Source of the DNA: a virus
DNA length: 42,688 nucleotides
IMG/VR virus record: IMGVR_UViG_3300032180_000016
Span: 1 to 42,688 of that record
Strand: one strand, 5' to 3'
The notes beneath the pieces are model-generated. The model had not been told where the DNA came from and searched no databases. It was given only the letters and a program-made list of their open reading frames with translations. A program made the translations under genes and the position numbers. Shown here piece by piece: positions 34,106 through 41,194 of the stretch; position 1 is the stretch's first letter, and each line of letters starts with the position of its first letter.

Positions 34106-34288
34106 ACACAATGTTACACAATATATTCTGCTCGTGATTCCACTTAGTACCTTGATTTCCTGCTCTGCTTAGTTCATAACCACATGTAACGACTAAGGGC
34201 TCACAAATAGGATGGGCGGCGTTCTGATTCCCCCGTCCGCCGCTTATCTGAAAGACCGTAGCCTCGCACGGTAAAGCGGGGTCCGCAG

Positions 34289-34618
34289 GTGACAACACTA
34301 CCAGTGTCTGCCAAAATTGGCGTTCTCGAATCCCACCAAAATCATAGTGAATCCCCGGCGCGGCGCGTCAAGAAAACCGTCGCCTTGACTCTTGTGCGTA
34401 AAGCACTGGCGGAGTGGGTTAATAAGGCCGTCATACGGATGCGGTCGCCCATGAGTTACGTTCCTGAGCTGGCAAGATCCGCCCGAATCGTGCAGGTGCA
34501 GCAATCATTCGATTACGACTATCCCGATTATTTATTTGCGGACATTCCTAAGCGTACGTTTTGGCGGCAACCCCTTTTATTGACGTATCCAGCGAAGGAC
34601 CAAAGCTCATTCGCGTGA
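34289..34618 (+). CDS. Hypothetical protein, first ORF after the early-late gap
   Basis: 109 aa with a GTG start. No motif recognised. Confidence 0.5.
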   Translation: MTTLPVSAKIGVLESHQNHSESPARRVKKTVALTLVRKALAEWVNKAVIRMRSPMSYVPELARSARIVQVQQSFDYDYPDYLFADIPKRTFWRQPLLLTYPAKDQSSFA

Positions 34619-34628
34619 GAGGAATTTT

Positions 34629-34841
34629 ATGATGCACGTTTGTCCGAATTGTGGTTATTGCCCGTGTTGCGGTCGGCCTAATCCTTATCATCATCAGCCA
34701 TTTATCCAGCCGCACTTCCAGCAACCTTGGGCTGGTACGGGTCCGCTCGGCGGTGCGTCGGGCGGAGTTAACACGCCCAATTTTGACGAACTCACTGCTA
34801 AGCTCCAACAGTGGCAGCAAAATCAGCAAGGCAATTCCTAG
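34629..34841 (+). CDS. Cys/Pro/Gln-rich mini-protein
   Basis: 70 aa with CPNCGYCPCC followed by a P/Q/G-rich tail. The RBS is GAGAGGAA. Confidence 0.5.
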   Translation: MMHVCPNCGYCPCCGRPNPYHHQPFIQPHFQQPWAGTGPLGGASGGVNTPNFDELTAKLQQWQQNQQGNS

Positions 34842-34964
34842 CGTAAGTGGCAGCGGCCCCGGACTCTGCTGAGACAGAAAATCCGAGGCCTGACCGAACA
34901 AGCATTCATACCATACCTGCTCGGCTGCGGGGAATTTTACTCCTGAGTAGCTCGTTCCGCACTT

Positions 34965-35135
34965 ATGCTGCCCCCTTTCGTTCACGATCTTCTCCAAGTC
35001 GGGAATACGGCGCTTTTGGTCGGTATTCTCTGGCGACTTTCAATCTTCAACTATCAGCACAAGCTGATGTGGAGTGACTTCGCAAAGCGGAAGGGCATTG
35101 ACCCGAACGGCGGCAAGGTGGTGGCAGGGGATTGA
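34965..35135 (+). CDS. 56-aa single-TM mini-protein (holin or lysis-accessory candidate)
   Basis: Below the track cutoff. MLPPFVHDLLQVGNTALLVGILWRLSIFNYQHKLMWSDFAKRKGIDPNGGKVVAGD. It ends 3 nt before the lipoprotein gene. The RBS is weak. Confidence 0.35.
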   Translation: MLPPFVHDLLQVGNTALLVGILWRLSIFNYQHKLMWSDFAKRKGIDPNGGKVVAGD

Positions 35136-35138
35136 GTC

Positions 35139-35345
35139 GTGCGCCGCTTGCTGCCTCTGCTCTGCCTGGTACCTCTGGGCGGCTGCGCGGCCAAAAGGCC
35201 CGTCAATTATCACTGGACAGGCTGCCGAGTAACAAACACCTGGACGGATGCAGACGGAAATGAGCGCAAAGATTGTGACTGCCAAAATGGTAAGCAAATC
35301 GGCATCGACGCGAAGACTGGCGCAAGGATTATCCGGTGCCAATGA
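35139..35345 (+). CDS. Small lipoprotein (lipobox LGGC); o-spanin or exclusion candidate
   Basis: 68 aa. MRRLLPLLCLVPLGGC has a basic n-region, an h-region and L-G-G-C. The mature part has 5 more Cys. Confidence 0.65.
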   Translation: MRRLLPLLCLVPLGGCAAKRPVNYHWTGCRVTNTWTDADGNERKDCDCQNGKQIGIDAKTGARIIRCQ

Positions 35346-35569
35346 CCTTTACGGAGCATGTTCGCAACTGTGCCGAATGCAAGGCCGGCAGAGAGTGTGC
35401 TGAGGCTGTGGCGATAATCGGCGGCTACTTCATGGATGAGCTGGTTCAAGCGATTTACCGACCGAACGATGCCGATGCTGACAATGACGTGCAGCGGCGT
35501 CGGGAGTGGAACCGGCAAGCGTGGAAACGCAAATGCGCCAAGCTGAAGGGAATGGCGGCTAAAGCGTAA
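35342..35569 (+). CDS. Hypothetical Cys-containing basic protein
   Basis: 75 aa from the ATG in an ATGA overlap (GTG 35336 is also in frame). It carries CAEC...C. Confidence 0.55.
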   Translation: MTFTEHVRNCAECKAGRECAEAVAIIGGYFMDELVQAIYRPNDADADNDVQRRREWNRQAWKRKCAKLKGMAAKA

Positions 35570-36016
35570 ATGGATCCAGAATCTCTAGTCGATCAAGTCA
35601 AGCAGCAAGCGACTCTCTACGGAGTTGACCCGGCCTTAGCCTGTGCGGTCGCAGAGCAGGAATCAGGATGGAACTGCTGGGCCATTCGCTTTGAGCCTGC
35701 ATTTGAGCGCAGGTACATTCACCCGGCATTACCCGATGCTCCGACCACGGAAGAAATGACTCGCGCTATGTCCTTTGGGCTGTTTCAGGTGATGGGCGAA
35801 AACGCGCGCGCAATGGGATTCCAGCACCAGTTCCTCTCGGCTCTGTGCGATCCGGACATAGGTATCTCGGTAGGGGTTAGGTTCCTGAAGAAATGCTTGG
35901 ACGCGGCCGGCGGAGATGTGACGAAAGCCCTGCTTCGCTGGAATGGCGGCGGAAATTCGTACTACCCGAGTCAGGTTATGGCACGGATGGCAAAGTACCA
36001 GACGGTCGCGCAATGA
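35570..36016 (+). CDS. Endolysin, lytic transglycosylase (SLT / GH23-like)
   Basis: 148 aa. AVAEQESGWN holds the catalytic Glu, followed by MSFGLFQVMGENARAMGF and ALLRWNGGGN. Confidence 0.88.
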   Translation: MDPESLVDQVKQQATLYGVDPALACAVAEQESGWNCWAIRFEPAFERRYIHPALPDAPTTEEMTRAMSFGLFQVMGENARAMGFQHQFLSALCDPDIGISVGVRFLKKCLDAAGGDVTKALLRWNGGGNSYYPSQVMARMAKYQTVAQ

Positions 36017-36162
36017 CGCCTGCGCAGACAGAGCAACTAAAGGCCAAGATTCTAGCCCTACCTCCCAAAGCTCACGAGCCATGTGAAACGTGCGGATGTT
36101 CTCACTGGCTGCACGGAAAGCTTGGAATATCTCACGAGTTTGTCAGAAAGGTGAAGCAATGA
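36013..36162 (+). CDS. Hypothetical mini-protein (CETCGC)
   Basis: 49 aa with an ATGA overlap with the endolysin stop. Confidence 0.45.
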   Translation: MTPAQTEQLKAKILALPPKAHEPCETCGCSHWLHGKLGISHEFVRKVKQ

Positions 36163-36347
36163 AGTTTCTATCGCAATTCAAGACTTGGACACACGTTCTG
36201 GCCGGCGCGGTCGTAACCGGAGTAACACTCTATGTGTCGAATGACGCAATCCGCGGCGCCGTTAACGGACTGCTCGGAGCCAAAGGCGCAGCGATTCTCG
36301 GCGGACTGGCAACGATCATTCTGGCCTACGCAAACCCAAACAAATGA
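36159..36347 (+). CDS. Two-TM holin-like protein
   Basis: 62 aa. THVLAGAVVTGVTLYV and AAILGGLATIILAY are hydrophobic segments. ATGA overlap with the upstream gene. Confidence 0.55.
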   Translation: MKFLSQFKTWTHVLAGAVVTGVTLYVSNDAIRGAVNGLLGAKGAAILGGLATIILAYANPNK

Positions 36348-36553
36348 AGCTTGTGTGTCATTACTCAGGCAATAAAAGTAAGCGTTTCTGGGATGCTGTT
36401 AATAAGCTCCCAAGGAACGAGGGCGGAGAAACCGCTTACATGCTCGGCGTGGTGCTGCAAGAGGTCGAGGCGCGAGTACTAGGTTTCTTGGAAAAGCATC
36501 AGCAGAAAATCGGCGCGGAACATAGTAAACGATTCGCAAAGTCAAAAAAGTAA
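36344..36553 (+). CDS. Hypothetical mini-protein
   Basis: 69 aa with an ATGA overlap. Confidence 0.5.
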   Translation: MKLVCHYSGNKSKRFWDAVNKLPRNEGGETAYMLGVVLQEVEARVLGFLEKHQQKIGAEHSKRFAKSKK

Positions 36554-36766
36554 ATGCCTCTACACGCAATGAGCTGGTGGGCCAAGGACATCTGGTACGC
36601 GTTCATCGCCTACTTTGCCATTAATGAAGCTTGGGCACTCTACCAGCAGCACAAGGGAATAAGACGCGGCGCGGTACCGCTGACCTGGGTGATACGCGAT
36701 CTGACTCCGAAGTGGCTGAGGGCGATGATCCTTGGCTGGCTGGCATGGCACTTTTTAAGTTCGTGA
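36554..36766 (+). CDS. Trp-rich two-TM membrane mini-protein
   Basis: 70 aa. IWYAFIAYFAINEAWAL and LRAMILGWLAWHFL are hydrophobic segments. Confidence 0.5.
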   Translation: MPLHAMSWWAKDIWYAFIAYFAINEAWALYQQHKGIRRGAVPLTWVIRDLTPKWLRAMILGWLAWHFLSS

Positions 36767-36933
36767 ACAGCGCAATTTCCATTCTCGTGTTGGGCGTTGC
36801 GGCCGCAATCGCATACATCGTTGGCATTGAGCGAGCGGGGCGCGAATACGACACCAAGCTAAAGCGGCGCTACTCCCACAAAAAGGCAGAGAAACTGGCC
36901 CGCAAACTCATTGAATCTGAAAGGACAAACTGA
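36745..36933 (+). CDS. N-terminal-TM protein with a charged helical tail (i-spanin-like)
   Basis: 62 aa from the internal ATG. AISILVLGVAAAIAYIVGI is followed by a K/R/E-rich tail. Confidence 0.45.
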   Translation: MALFKFVNSAISILVLGVAAAIAYIVGIERAGREYDTKLKRRYSHKKAEKLARKLIESERTN

Positions 36934-37521
36934 ATGAACAAGCTAACTCGCAGAGACTTCGCGAAATTCGCCGGTATGGCTGGAGTCGGAGCATTCGTGC
37001 TGCCTGAGATCCTGATGACCACCGGTTGTCCCAAGATCGGCGCGGACCAAATCGTTGCAGGGCTCCAGGTGGGCGAAGAAATCTGGGCAGCAGCCATTCC
37101 AATCATCGCGGCGGGTAATCCGGCGGCAGCTGGAATCATGTCGCTCGCAGATGTGGGCCTGAAAGACTTGCTGACTCTCTACAACAAGTTTGAAGCGGCA
37201 TCGGCCACGGAGAAACCCGGCGTCGCGGGGCAAATCCACGCGTTGCTGAACACGCTCACAGGCAATCTCTCAACAGTGCTGGCTGACGTGCACATCAAGA
37301 ACCCGGACTTGGTGAAATACATCGACATCGCGGTCGCGGTCGTGAACACCGGTTTCGGCTACTTGCTCAAGAAACTGCCCACCGGTTCAGTAGCGGCCCA
37401 ATCTTCCATACTGCAAACTCAAGCTCTGCCAGTTATTCCTAAAGCCAAATCAGCCAGTGATTTAAAGAAAGCCTGGAATGCTGCTGTAGGGGCTGCACAC
37501 CCTGAGGCAATGGTGAAATGA
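36934..37521 (+). CDS. Tat-signal protein (possible lipoprotein), Ala-rich helical; ends HPEAMVK
   Basis: 195 aa. MNKLTRRDFAKFAGMAGVGAFVLPEILMTTGC matches the twin-arginine consensus (S/T)RRxFLK plus an h-region. The RBS is AAGGA. Confidence 0.75.
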   Translation: MNKLTRRDFAKFAGMAGVGAFVLPEILMTTGCPKIGADQIVAGLQVGEEIWAAAIPIIAAGNPAAAGIMSLADVGLKDLLTLYNKFEAASATEKPGVAGQIHALLNTLTGNLSTVLADVHIKNPDLVKYIDIAVAVVNTGFGYLLKKLPTGSVAAQSSILQTQALPVIPKAKSASDLKKAWNAAVGAAHPEAMVK

Positions 37522-37733
37522 GCAACGACAAGATAGTAGGACACACCTTACACATCAAGGTTTTCTACGGTCCTTTTGAATTGCTCGGTGATGGGAAATT
37601 CGGCCAGCGTCCGTGCGGTTTGGCTTGGCGAGACGCGGACGGCGCAATACACCGCAGCGGCAGAACGCCAAGCATAGAACAATTGCAGAGCTTGAAATAC
37701 CCAACCAGTCATCCGGAAGCGATGGTGAAGTAG
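37518..37733 (+). CDS. Hypothetical 71-aa protein; ends HPEAMVK
   Basis: ATGA overlap with the upstream gene. Its C-terminal heptapeptide is identical to that of the preceding protein. Confidence 0.6.
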   Translation: MSNDKIVGHTLHIKVFYGPFELLGDGKFGQRPCGLAWRDADGAIHRSGRTPSIEQLQSLKYPTSHPEAMVK

Positions 37734-37788
37734 TTTATGCATAGTTTTCAAATTATGCGATGCCCAAAACGCGGCTGGAATGCATAAA
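37734..37788. promoter_or_regulatory. Inverted repeat TTTATGCAT ... ATGCATAAA upstream of and overlapping the terS-candidate start
   Basis: 9-nt arms at 37734..37742 and 37780..37788. A third TTATGC lies at 37753. The distal arm contains ATG 37780. Confidence 0.35.
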
Positions 37789-38157
37789 AGACCAGAAATG
37801 GCTGACGAACTTCCCCAACCCGAAGGCGTTAAGAAGGTGTTACGCGGGGGCCATTCGCCTGAAATTGGCGCTGCTACGCGAATCAAACCTGGACAAGTAC
37901 TTAACCCCGAGGGAAAGAATGGGCAGGACTGGATTACCCAGGTATTCCGCGAAGTCTTTCAGGACAAGCCTTTTGTTGCTGCTCAGGTCCGCAAGATTAT
38001 GAAAGGGAAGAGTGCGATGGCCAAGGTTCTATTGCTGGAAAAGGCACTCGACCGCCTTGAGGGGAAAGTTGCTCAGCCAGTGCAGGTAAGTGGCGAATTG
38101 CGGGTCAGTTTGGCAGATGAAATCAGGGCCGCGCGTGAAAGGGCAGAAGCCGGATGA
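37780..38157 (+). CDS. Small terminase subunit candidate
   Basis: 125 aa immediately upstream of terL with an ATGA overlap. IKPGQVLNPEGKNG resembles the F.PGQSGNP.G motif of some small terminases. ATG 37798 is an alternative start. Confidence 0.5.
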   Translation: MHKRPEMADELPQPEGVKKVLRGGHSPEIGAATRIKPGQVLNPEGKNGQDWITQVFREVFQDKPFVAAQVRKIMKGKSAMAKVLLLEKALDRLEGKVAQPVQVSGELRVSLADEIRAARERAEAG

Positions 38158-39674
38158 TCTGTCCTACTCCAGAGCAGGCAGAGGATCAGCGAATGTTGGC
38201 CGCTGACCTAACCAAATATAACCATGATCCGCTCGCGGCTGTGCGGTATGGCTTTAAGTGGGGCAACGGTGAACTAAAAGGCCATGCGGGCCCGCGGGGC
38301 TGGCAAGCGGCGATCCTGAAAGATATTGCAACTCATCTAAGCAATCCCGAGACACGATTCAAACCTTACAAATGCGCTGTCAGTAGCGGGCACGGTATTG
38401 GCAAATCTGCCCTTGTGGCCTTCATCATCTGGTGGGGACTAAGCACCTTTGAAGACTGCAAAGTAGTCGTCACGGCCAACACCAAAGGCCAGCTCGATTC
38501 CAAGACGCAGCCTGAGTGTGCAACCTGGTTCCGGAGGGCGCTGAATGCTAACTGGTTCGATGTTCATGTTAGCTCCATCCGAGTACTTGAAGAGAACCAT
38601 GATCAGACTTGGCGCTGTGATTTCATGCCGTGGAGTGAAGACAACCCTCAGGCATTCGCCGGCGCGCACAACCAAGGCCGCAGATTAATCCTCATCATGG
38701 ATGAGGCCAGCGAGATTTCCGCCAAGATTTCGACTGAGGTAGGCCGCGGCGCGCTGACAGATGCTTATACGGAAATCCTCTGGTTCAAGTTTGGCAACCC
38801 TACTCTGAACAGTGGCGACTTTTACGATTGCGTTCATGGTAATCAGCGCCATCTGTGGAAATACCACGTCATTGATTCCCGCGAAGTCGAAGGCATCAAC
38901 ACCGAGGAAATCAAGGAATGGGTTGAGCTCTACGGGGAAGATTCAGACTTTGTTCGGGTCCGTGTTCGTGGACTACCGCCGCGCCAATCGAGCGGCCAAT
39001 ACATCGGGCAGGACACTATCAAGAATGCTCAGGACCGCCTACCCCGGAGTCTGCCTGATGATGCCCTAGTCGCCGGCGTTGACTTCGCGTGGGGCGGCGC
39101 GGATGACAACGTAGTGAGGTTTCGCAAGGGCTATGACGCCAAGACTATTCCACCGGTCAAGGTCAAAGGAGAATTTACCCGCGACCCCGCGATAATGGTT
39201 GGCAAGCTCTCTCAAATCCTGACCGCACGGTACAACGGCGAAAAGCTGGACATGCTGTTCTTCGACTCCGCCGGCATCGCGGCTCCGGTAGAAAGCCGGC
39301 TGAGAGCCTTGGGATTTGGCGACCGCATCATGGTTATTAACTTTGGCGCGGACTCGCCGCATATTCGATGTGCCTACATGCGCGATTACATGTGGTTCCG
39401 CATGAATGAATGGCTGGCCGAGGGCTCGATTGACCGTGACCACGAACTGGCTGCGGATCTTGCCAAGCCGCTCCTCGTGAGTGACCCGAAGCAGCGCATC
39501 AAACTTGAGCCCAAAGAGATGATGAAGAAACGCCTGGCGCGTATGGGGATAGATTCCAGCAGCCCGGACGATGGAGACGCTTTGGCGCTGACGTTTGCTA
39601 TGCCGGTACAGAAGAAATCGGCCAACATGGCCCAGCCACAGCAACCGCGCGGGCGTGGGTTCATGTGGGGATGA
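38154..39674 (+). CDS. terL: Terminase large subunit
   Basis: 506 aa. Walker A is VSSGHGIGKS, Walker B is RLILIMDEASE. A C-terminal nuclease-type region with acidic residues is present. Confidence 0.88.
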   Translation: MICPTPEQAEDQRMLAADLTKYNHDPLAAVRYGFKWGNGELKGHAGPRGWQAAILKDIATHLSNPETRFKPYKCAVSSGHGIGKSALVAFIIWWGLSTFEDCKVVVTANTKGQLDSKTQPECATWFRRALNANWFDVHVSSIRVLEENHDQTWRCDFMPWSEDNPQAFAGAHNQGRRLILIMDEASEISAKISTEVGRGALTDAYTEILWFKFGNPTLNSGDFYDCVHGNQRHLWKYHVIDSREVEGINTEEIKEWVELYGEDSDFVRVRVRGLPPRQSSGQYIGQDTIKNAQDRLPRSLPDDALVAGVDFAWGGADDNVVRFRKGYDAKTIPPVKVKGEFTRDPAIMVGKLSQILTARYNGEKLDMLFFDSAGIAAPVESRLRALGFGDRIMVINFGADSPHIRCAYMRDYMWFRMNEWLAEGSIDRDHELAADLAKPLLVSDPKQRIKLEPKEMMKKRLARMGIDSSSPDDGDALALTFAMPVQKKSANMAQPQQPRGRGFMWG

Positions 39675-39855
39675 GGGAACAAGTTTGAGCAACTCAAGGG
39701 GCGGTGGTGCCCGAGAGCAGGAACGGACCTGACGACATTCTACGACCTGTTGCGGCATGAATGCTGTGGCATTGACCCCCGCGCAAGACTGATGCGGGAC
39801 AGGTGCTGAATCACAAAGCAGCGTGAAATGCTGAAGCCGCCCACAAATAAAAATC

Positions 39856-40065
39856 ATGGCAAAACTGAAATCCGCAACCCGTAACAGCCTGCCGAAGTCA
39901 GAGTTCGGACTTCCTGGCTCGCGAAAATACCCGATGCCTGACCGCTCTCATGCTGCGAACGCAAAGTCTCGCGCGACTCAGCAAGTCCACAAAGGCAATC
40001 TCTCGCCTTCGGCTGCGGCAAGGATCAGGGCCAAGGCCGACCGCATTCTCGGAAAGGGGAAATAA
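39856..40065 (+). CDS. Small basic conserved-looking protein
   Basis: 69 aa. LPKSEFGLPGSRKYPMPDRSHAANAKSRA is a pattern I recall from small phage head-module proteins. Confidence 0.6.
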   Translation: MAKLKSATRNSLPKSEFGLPGSRKYPMPDRSHAANAKSRATQQVHKGNLSPSAAARIRAKADRILGKGK

Positions 40066-40068
40066 CAC

Positions 40069-40314
40069 ATGCCAAAAGGAATGGGCGCTTACGAGGCGAT
40101 GTCTCAGGCTCCAACCATGAAGACGCCGAAAGCCCCGAAGAAAGAGCTGAGCCACATTGAACTGCGCGAAGGTGAATCGGGCGGGCACGTGGCTACCCAT
40201 CACTTCACCAGCTACGAGCACAAGCCCGAGGACCATGTTTTCGGGGAATCAGAAGGCGGGAAGCTCATGGCGCACCTGAAAAGCGAACTGCACATCGGAG
40301 AAGGCGAAGAGTGA
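40069..40314 (+). CDS. Hypothetical mini-protein (His/Glu-rich)
   Basis: 81 aa. The RBS is AAGGGGAAATAACAC. Confidence 0.55.
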   Translation: MPKGMGAYEAMSQAPTMKTPKAPKKELSHIELREGESGGHVATHHFTSYEHKPEDHVFGESEGGKLMAHLKSELHIGEGEE

Positions 40315-40934
40315 ACGAGCACGAGCGCCGAAAACTCGAAACCAGCCTGATTCGGTCAGGGTTCTCCGGGTTGAACGATCCCGACTTGGTTCCGGAGTTG
40401 GCCAAGCTGATCGCAAACCATGAGATTCTGCGGGCGCTGCTCAATGACTGCTCACGTATGGAACGTTACGCCATGCTGGAGGCCGTGCGACCACATCTGC
40501 CCTTCAAGGCGCTGACGGTAGAAGACTACGAGTCGAAGACCGCGGAGAAGTTTGAAGAGTACGAATCGGAGCGCAATCGCATCATTCGCGGCGATCAGGA
40601 GTTTGAGCGCGTAGCTAAAGAGTTGGCATCGCATGTCCTGATTAAACTGCAATGCTCCAAATGTCCTAGGTCGGCAGAGTTTATGGGCGAGACGCCGCTG
40701 GGCGCTGTCATTTTGGCCCGGCAGGATGGCTGGGTGCGCGAGCGTGGGACAAACAAAGAAGTTTGTCCGAAGTGCGAATGCGTAGATCGCGGAAAACGCA
40801 AACGCTGTCCTGGATGTTCACGGAGACACTTTGCGCCGGATTGCAGAGTCATTGGCAAGGTTGAGCCTGGAGCGCCGTTGGTTGGTGGGGCCAAGAAAGG
40901 CCATATGGATGTCTCGAATGGGACGGTGAATTGA
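40311..40934 (+). CDS. Hypothetical protein with a C-terminal multi-Cys zinc-ribbon region
   Basis: 207 aa with CSKC...CPKCEC...CPGC...C. GTGA overlap with the upstream gene. Confidence 0.6.
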   Translation: MNEHERRKLETSLIRSGFSGLNDPDLVPELAKLIANHEILRALLNDCSRMERYAMLEAVRPHLPFKALTVEDYESKTAEKFEEYESERNRIIRGDQEFERVAKELASHVLIKLQCSKCPRSAEFMGETPLGAVILARQDGWVRERGTNKEVCPKCECVDRGKRKRCPGCSRRHFAPDCRVIGKVEPGAPLVGGAKKGHMDVSNGTVN

Positions 40935-41194
40935 TGCCCTGGACCCGCCGCCAAGTCCGCTTTCTTGAATCCTCAGGCTCGCCGCTGACCTCAGCGCAGA
41001 AAGCCAAGATGAACGCCGAATTGCACGCCGATCCAGCAATGGGCCACGCGAAAAAGGGCTCCAGTGAGTTAGAGAGAGACTCGCATATGGCCCGCCAGAG
41101 GGAAGACTTCAAGAAGTACTCGGGCAAATCCACAACTTACGATCATGCCCGCCCCAAGCGTCAAGTACTGACCCGCTACAAGCGTAATGCCTGA
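40934..41194 (+). CDS. Hypothetical basic protein upstream of the portal gene
   Basis: 86 aa from the ATG (TTG 40931 is also in frame). It overlaps the portal start by 8 nt. Confidence 0.55.
   Translation: MPWTRRQVRFLESSGSPLTSAQKAKMNAELHADPAMGHAKKGSSELERDSHMARQREDFKKYSGKSTTYDHARPKRQVLTRYKRNA

Noticed and set aside
34080-34298. Minus-strand 72-aa ORF covering the early-late non-coding gap
   Set aside because: It has a GTG start without an RBS and an odd composition. It overlaps both flanking + strand genes. I kept the region as non-coding/regulatory, though with low certainty.
34548-34997. Minus-strand 149-aa ORF spanning the gap after gene 34629..34841
   Set aside because: Most of it is antisense to two + strand ORFs and is Arg/Thr-rich. 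It would be the only minus-strand gene inside the late operon. The + strand 56-aa TM ORF (34965..35135) explains part of the gap better.
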